NCBI GenBank assembly: GCA_054600435.1
Contig: BAAIJX010000002.1
Span: 744,001 to 808,000 of the forward strand
Length of the DNA stretch: 64,000 bases
Direction of reading: 5' to 3'
DNA from: Neophaeotheca triangularis
Taxonomy: Eukaryota
This document shows, in pieces, positions 57,112-64,000 of the stretch (positions are counted from its first letter, which is position 1; each line of letters starts with the position of its first letter). A model generated the notes under the pieces. That model was not told the origin of the DNA, searched no databases, and worked only from the letters and a program-made list of their open reading frames with translations. The position numbers were made by a program, and so were the translations under genes.

Positions 57112-59005
57112 TGTGAGGGCCGTCGAGTAATAAAACCTAGAAACCACTAAACAGCAAGAATCGATCAAGTTCCTCGTCCATGCCCGCTCGCGTGAATGAC
57201 CAACGGCCGTTTTTCCAGACTCGGCCGATCTTGACTTGCCATCACCCGCTCTCGAAAATCTAGAGTGAAGCTCAAACGTTGACTTCCCGGTAACCTCGTT
57301 AGTTAACAGAACGTCCGCACCGCTGCCATCTCGTACGACCGACACTCCAACAGCTCGCGCCACGACAGCCCCGGGTCTCTACAAGAGCGATGTGTCCGTT
57401 CCACGGTCTCAGGCGGTCTCGCAGTGGGTTTTGGGATTGCTATTAAAGATTTCTTTCGTCTGTTCGGAATAGAGAGCTCGATCAACGAGACTATTGCTGA
57501 CGACTTAGAGTATGGGAGATCGTGTAGGCAGGGGGGGCTTTTTTTTTTTCTCGTCTCCTCGAGAGTCGACGGGTTTACGTGCGGTTCACCTTGTCATCGC
57601 TATACTCGATAGGAAGCCCTTTTTTTTTTCTCTTTTTTTCCTTTCTTATTTTTGGTGGCATGTCGTCGATAAGACATATACATAACCCCGACTTCGGTTG
57701 CGTTGGCTTGAACACCAGGCTGCGGGTACCAGGGGCGCGGCAGTATGCGAGTGAGAGCCTGTTGTCGCGTAACCATAAGCGCGTCCGTCGCCAGCTCACG
57801 ACTGCTGCCGCTGTGATCGACGTCGACGCTTTCCGAGGTCGAAATTGCAGCTTAATGATCGCCAGTAAGTCTGGGAAAATGCCGGATGGGTCTTGATAAT
57901 GTAGGTAGGTGGGTAGGTAGGTAGCTCCATCGCGCCGCTTAGTGCGGTGGTACGGCTCGCGTTGTTGGATCCAGCGATGCTTTTTGATGACTGGGTCCTG
58001 ATAGCAAGCCTGTAGGCGGGAAACTATATAGCGCGAGAGGGCCGAGGCTACTCGCCAGATAGCTTTGGTGCTTGTGTATGTATAGTGGTTATATTGTTAT
58101 AGCCTCGAGACAGGTTCGTTCCCCATGCTACCTTATTAGTACTTTGGTCTCATCACTCTTATATGCTCTGCCCTCGCGCTGTGATGAAGTCGCGATTTTG
58201 CTGGCCTGTGCGTGTTGCCCGTTTTTGGCAAGTCGCTCACCGGACGGGTTATGATTATACCTTATATTACACGACGCTACAGATGAATGGTTGACATGTG
58301 GTGCATATGGTACCTAGATAAGTATTGTAAGGTACTGTATCTGATGATGATGATTATTATTATTTCCGAGGCCAAACAGAAGACGTGTTGGTCGGCTCAA
58401 GATTGACCCCGACCCGAAACTCTCTCGTCTGGCAAGAAGAAGACCGCCCCGGCCTTTTGAGCATACCACAAACCATACCAACTAACTATCTTCTCACACA
58501 GACTACTTCGATTCATCTGCTACTACAATAGTATCTTGGTCGCAACGCTTTATTTCTCCCGAGAACATGTTATAGTCGGATCAAGGAACCGCGGGATAGA
58601 CTATGTAATTGCGGGATAAATCAGTGGCCTGGACTAGTAGTAATAACTAGAACTGTGACGATAGCAACGACAAACTTCCTCCCATTCTAAACGGCTCCCT
58701 ATCCCCCCGAGCCTATTCATCAGCCATGGTCCCTGAGCCTGTTCCGTCTGCGCACTCCGCCCAATATTGAATAATGAGATGATGAGTGCGTGCAGGCCGA
58801 GCTCTCCGTTTCCCATTATTTCCCGCCTCCCGACCCTTTCAGAGTTCAGCCGTTGAGGGGTTGTCGAACTCAACTCCAAAGGCATTGCATATCTCCAAGA
58901 TTGTCGTCACTTGGTACAAAATCGTCTTTACCCTAGCCATGTCCGCTTCCGGGTTCGCCTTGCTTTCGAGTCAGAGTCATCACTCGTTTCTCCAAGAGTC
59001 TGACT

Positions 59006-60440
59006 ATGTCTGGCGCAAATGGCAATGTCAGGCTTCCCTCCCCAGAAGTGATTGCTTCGTGGCCGACGCCGAATTACAATGATCCAGTCACACGTTCGTG
59101 GATGCCTGCTTTTGCTGTGCCCTGGCAGGTGCTTGTGAGCGTGCTGGTCTTGACGAGGCTGCTCTTGAGATGGCGGAAACTGGCTGGACCACTGGGACTT
59201 GACGACGTAAGGCCAGCGGCAAGCGACACTAATCACAAATAAAACCGACTGCTGACCGGGCGCTCTTATAGGCACTCTTGATACCCGCATGGCTCAGTAG
59301 CCTGGCAGTAACCGTGGCCGCATGTTTGGCGGCTGAAAGGTACAATAGCGATCGTCACCTCTGGGATGTGCCACTACAAATGTATCCAAAAGCATTGCGA
59401 GTACGAACTGCCCACTTACCGTCCAAAGATTCAATCGAACCCCGACTAATCTATTCCTTGAGCAGATAGCATGGATTTTTCAATTCGTCTTTTTGATCAG
59501 CACCGCGAGCACCAAAGTCTCCATTCTCCTATTCTACCGACGCCTGGTAAAAGGATCCTACGACCCTAAATGGCTCTATGCCATCCTCGGCGGCATCATC
59601 ATCATCGTCTGCTACTGCCTCAGCTTTCTCCTCGCGCTCCTCCTCGCCTGCCAACCAACAAAAGCCTACTGGTTATCCGCTGACCTCTTCGGCTGGGCCG
59701 CCAACAACGACTACAAATGCGCCGACGCCCGCGCCGCCAACCTCGCCAGTGGCATGGTCAGCGTCCTCACCGACGCCTACGCAGTCATCCTCCCCATGGC
59801 GATGCTCAAAAACTTCACCGCCCCCCGCCGCCAAAAAATCGCCCTCTATGTCCTCTTCAGCCTCGGTCTCCTCGTCGTCGCCGCCGGCTGCATGCGCACT
59901 TACTACCTCAGCCAACTCGGCCACGTCGACGACCTAACCTGGCAGAGTTTCAACCTCTACCTCTGGTCGCAGCTCGAATGCCAACTCGCGCTGATCGTCG
60001 CCTGCGTCCCCGCCACCCGCGCCCTCTTCCGCAGATATTTCCAAGACACTCTAACCCGCGTGCGCAGCACTCTCCGCAGCGCCAACACCCACGGCACCAA
60101 CAACACCTCCACCGCAACCCCTCCCCCCACTCACACTCCCACTCACACTGACACTCACTCCTCGCCCAAACCCGCCCGCGATTCCAAAACCGCCACCGTA
60201 GACATCGAGGCAAGCCTCGACAGCGACTCGCAACACGCTCCCACGACCGGATCCTCACAACGCCTGGTGGCAACTCCCCCGGGCGCCGACGGCGGCAGTT
60301 TGGAATCCGGGGTCGACCGGCGCACGCCAACCTCGACGGCACACTCCCCGAGCCACGACGTGCAGATCCGTTCGCCGAGTGGGTACGAAGAGTACAATCT
60401 GGCGGTTTTGGAGAAGTATAGGGGTGGGCTTGGGGGATGA
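59006..60440 (+). CDS. PTH11-like (fungal rhodopsin-domain) 7-TM integral membrane protein without CFEM; exons 59006-59206, 59272-59400, 59466-60440
   Basis: SWPTPNYNDP, RLLLRWRKLAGPLGLDD, DRHLWDVP, TKVSILLFYRRL, LACQPTKAYW, TDAYAVILPM, RQKIAL..LFSLG and WSQLECQLALIVACVPA. Two frame-restoring introns. Confidence 0.9.
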
Positions 60441-60910
60441 GGATGGGAGGGGACTGGATAGGTGTGTGGGAGGGATCTTTTTTTTAATTCCCTCGTTTGG
60501 AGGGCTTTTGTTTTGGCTTTCGCTTTTGTCTTTGGTTGCGTTTGCTGCCGGAAATCGAGATACCCCCTTGTATTAGAATACTCTGGCTATGAATAACCCT
60601 TTTTTTTTTCCCTCTCTTTCCCCTTATTTTTAGTGGTAGATTTTGATTGTTGCTTGTGTTGCTTAAGAGCGAAGTAGCTTGGAATTTATTAAGCCATTAT
60701 TCAGCCATAGCGAGAAGTAATGTACCCACAATCAACGACCCTGCCGATGCCGTCTCAGCTTTGTACATCAATATAAAGATCCGAATCCCACATCCACAAT
60801 ACCTCGTCCACGCCAAACTTCCACGATTATGTGCACATGTACCTAGCGGAAATCAACACACGAACCCCATTACCTATCAAGGTGTCCAATTCCGCTCCCC
60901 CCCCAAACAC

Positions 60911-61985
60911 TCATGTAAAAACATCCTTCTCCGCCTGCAGCGCCAAAAACGTCTCCTCATCATGTCCAGGTATAACCCTCCCCCTCGTCGTCCTCTCGAG
61001 CTGCTTCAACCGCTGCGTCGACCGAAACCAAGCGGGATGATCGCGCGCGAGCCAGCCTTGGGGGATGCCATCGCGCCACTGCGGGAAAAGAAAAAGGAGG
61101 CGAAAGATTAGCAAAGCCAAGACCGCGGGGGGATAAAGGGGAAGAAAAGGAAATTCGGTAGGGCATGGGACGTACGTTCTCGATGACGTGGCAGTGGTCG
61201 CTGATGAAGAGCAAGGTGCCGCTGTCGCGCAGGTTGATTTGCATGCCGACTAGCCCGTCCGTGTGGCCTGGGAGGTGGTGCAGCGTGATGCCTTGGCAGA
61301 AGTCGAAGGTGCGCTCGTCGAAGGTTTTCCAGTTGAGGTCGAGTTTTACTGGGTGCATGGGTGCGTGTTAGCGGGTTTTGGTGGCGATGCCATGGGCTGT
61401 GCGCTTTGGGGCGGGGGATGGGTTACGGTAGTGTTTGAGGTAGACGCCGACGTCTGCGCCCGTCGCTACCGACCAGAAGGCCGAGCGCAATTCCAAGTCG
61501 TGGACCCAGATTTCGACGTCTTTGCGGTCTAGGAAAAGGTCGAGACCGCCCGCGTGGTCCAGGTGCAAGTGCCCGATGATAATCTTCTTGATGTCTTCGA
61601 GCTTGTGGCCGGTGGCCTCGATCTGCGCATCCAGCTCGTGCTTGGCCTCGTACCTGACTCGATGGAAAATATCGTGGACTTGCGGGCCCCAGACGTTGGG
61701 GTAATCCTTTCCCGAGCCGGTTTCCCAGAGAATGCAGCCCTCGACGGGATGTTCGATGAGCACGCAGTACATGGGCATTTGCCGGCGTTTGTTGGCAAAA
61801 GCCTGGCCTTGGGTGGATTTGAGAGAGGTGTTGCCGCCGCGGATTACGAAGCCTTCGTCGCATTCGAGCCAGCCGACTTCGAGGAGCCACATTTTGGTTC
61901 CCGTTGGGCAGACATTGCTGATGTGGTTGGGCACTGCGCCGGCGCTGAGTTGGGATTGCATTGCTGTGCCTGGAGTTGTCGCCAT
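60911..61985 (-). CDS. Metallo-beta-lactamase-fold lactonase (AiiA/AttM AHL-lactonase-like); exons 61985-61427, 61348-61176, 61078-60911
   Basis: HxHxDH motif GHLHLDHAGG, LPGHTDG, FISDHCHV and VIPGHD. Introns GTAACC...GCTAAC...CAG and GTACGT...GCTAAT...CAG restore the frame. Confidence 0.9.
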
Positions 61986-63612
61986 GTTTTGGGGCGGCTG
62001 TTATGAATATCGATTAGGTATTGATGAGACATGCAAAAGATTGCCAGGGAAGCTCAATCAATTTGATCTCCCATAGCCCGCACGTCAGTAGTCTTTTTGC
62101 CCCTCATCAGATGGCGTCTGCTTGAACCGAAGCGTACCGAATTTGGAGGGACGAATGGAGCTCTCCATCTTAGGTTGTAACTTAGCCATCATGTTTAGGA
62201 GGCCTGCCCTGCGTCTGTTGTGACGACCAGATGCACCCCGCACCTCACCTCAGCCGGGTGGGGAGGGCATAGGAGGGGAGGTGGTTGGAGGTGATCCTTT
62301 GCCCTTCTGAGCCATGTACTAGGACCGAGAACGAGAAGGTGATTTTGTAATCTGCACTCCCGTCTGTGGTAACAGTTCTCGGGACGATCCTCTCAACTCT
62401 TGAGTGCCGATGAAGCGTTTAGACGCGTCGAGTACAAATCCGACGAGGTCATGTCTGCATGTCGTGCAGAGAGACATGCACGGGATCTGCCGCTCACATG
62501 ATCAATCAATACAGAAGCTACTTACCTCTCCCTCTCGAACTCAACTCTTCCCTCATACCTTGCCTCGTAGACAGAAGAGGAAAGAAAGTGGCGTCGACGT
62601 TAGATATCGTCCATCTAGCCCGGCGTGGGGGTTCGCTGCCGCCAAGCCGGCCGACTTCACTTCTCACCTCAGCTTCCAAGCCAATTGCTCGCTTCACCTT
62701 GTCATGCACGCCAGGTACTAGTACTACCTACCTAGGTACTCCTACTTGATCGTTTACTACCTGCTAAGAGACTAGGTGGTTCTCTTCTTCTCCTCGCTTT
62801 GCTGATAGGACCATGTTTCCATCTCAATCCTACCACCACCACATCGGCACCACCAATCACGACAAACCGATCGTCCAGGAACAGACGCAGATACCTATAT
62901 GTATGCCACTACCTAGCGCAGCTGCGACGACATGCTACCTCACGCCTTCTCGCCTCAGTCTAGTATTACTACTGTCAGGTCTTTCTATGACACTACGTCA
63001 AGGCTTTGAATATTCGTCTAGTCATCAAAAACCGCGGAGCCCTTGTCCACTTGGTCAGGGATGAGGGGCAAGACGTGGGATGTTTACCCTTTTCGTTGCA
63101 TGGCCCGCAGAATCTCAGTCTTGACATTTGCCCACGAGACCGACTCGCGGCACGCCATCTTCCTACATCCTGTGCCGTGTACCTGGACGCCGCATGGACG
63201 TTGTGCAACTGCGGAAGGCTTTTGACTTCTCTCTTAACGTCTTCGCTTTAGTCTATGTATGACCGTTGTCGAGCCGTGGGATTCAGCTATAAACCGACTT
63301 CCACGCTCAAGGTAGGCTACAGGCGAGCCGCTTTCTTATCTCACACGTTACTACTACTTTCCTTTTGTTGAAAATACTCTCCTAAGTGACGAAGACTACT
63401 AATTGCCTAACACAAACACGCACTTCGCTGGCCTCTACCTACACGTTAACATGCTACAAATTGAGCAGTCACGCCCATACCACTACCCAGGGGGGGTATG
63501 GCAATCATCATGGCCTCACCTACGACACTGCAACCAAAGCATGTCCTTCAGAAGGTCCCCGGAAAACAAAAGAACCTCTCTCCATACCACTCTCGAACCC
63601 TCCAAACTAACC

Positions 63613-64000
63613 ATGGATCTTATCCTAACCGACGCCACCCCAGCCGACCTCCCCCGCCTAGTCGAAATCGAACTCGCCGCCTTCGCCCACGAAACCACAA
63701 ACCAAGTCCTTTCCTACCGCTCCCCAACCGACCCAGCCCACTACACCCGAACCCTCCAAAACTACCGCACCGCCCTCCAAACTAACCCAACAACCAACCA
63801 CTTCCGCAAAATCCTCGATCCCTCAACCCAAACCCCCATCGCCTGGTCCAAAACAACCCACAGCCACCTTCTCCCCTCTGAAAACCTGTCTCCAACCCCG
63901 TCAGATCCAAACACCCAGCACCCCACCTCTCCCTCCCCATCACCCAACCCAGACCCCCCAATGAACCGCGCCTGGTCCGCCCTCAACTCCCACCACCACC
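63613..64000 (+). CDS. Probable GNAT-family N-acetyltransferase, 5' part (runs off the window)
   Basis: ATG in AACCATGG context. MDLILTDATPADLPRLVEIELAAF...FRKILDPSTQTPIAWSK resembles the N-terminal beta1-alpha1 of fungal GNATs, and the frame is open to the window end. The acetyl-CoA motif is not visible. Confidence 0.6.
   Translation, partial: MDLILTDATPADLPRLVEIELAAFAHETTNQVLSYRSPTDPAHYTRTLQNYRTALQTNPTTNHFRKILDPSTQTPIAWSKTTHSHLLPSENLSPTPSDPNTQHPTSPSPSPNPDPPMNRAWSALNSHHH

Noticed and set aside
1..64000. Transposons, CRISPR arrays, rRNA, prokaryotic operons or riboswitches
   Set aside because: No transposase/RT motifs, LTRs/TIRs, repeat-spacer arrays, rRNA or TPP-riboswitch signatures were recognised by eye.

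Overview
Eukaryotic DNA from a filamentous ascomycete, probably a Dothideomycete. This is inferred from short GT-AG introns with RCTRAY branch sites and from the gene families present; no database search was possible. I resolved about 20 protein-coding genes. In order: a G3BP/Nxt3-like NTF2-RRM protein, a septin-like GTPase with a C-terminal hydrophobic segment, a Pho4/NUC-1-type bHLH, a secreted six-hairpin glycoside hydrolase, a Pro-rich hypothetical protein, a bZIP factor, SMP-30/gluconolactonase, two F-box-like proteins, a basic low-complexity protein with an Ame1/CENP-U-like N-terminus, an MFS transporter, a small Cys-motif protein, mitochondrial bL36m, PPZ phosphatase, RPS2/uS5, a CE1-like esterase, a PTH11-like membrane protein, a metallo-beta-lactamase-fold lactonase and a GNAT cut off by the window edge. 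There is also one tRNA-Glu(CTC) and three pseudogenes. The most interesting observations are: (1) a same-strand birth-and-death array of F-box-like paralogs at about 28.6-39.5 kb (2 intact, 3 broken); (2) a bZIP gene with a cpc-1-like leader (uORFs plus a GUG in strong Kozak context opening a 72-codon in-frame extension); (3) a sense-oriented GATACCC motif recurring downstream of regulatory genes; (4) a putative kinetochore-motif protein lacking the CENP-U core; (5) AAG 3' splice sites in 3 of 16 inferred introns; (6) a C-rich to G-rich switch along many genes. No intact transposon, rRNA or CRISPR array was seen. Exon boundaries were inferred by hand and are not supported by transcript data.
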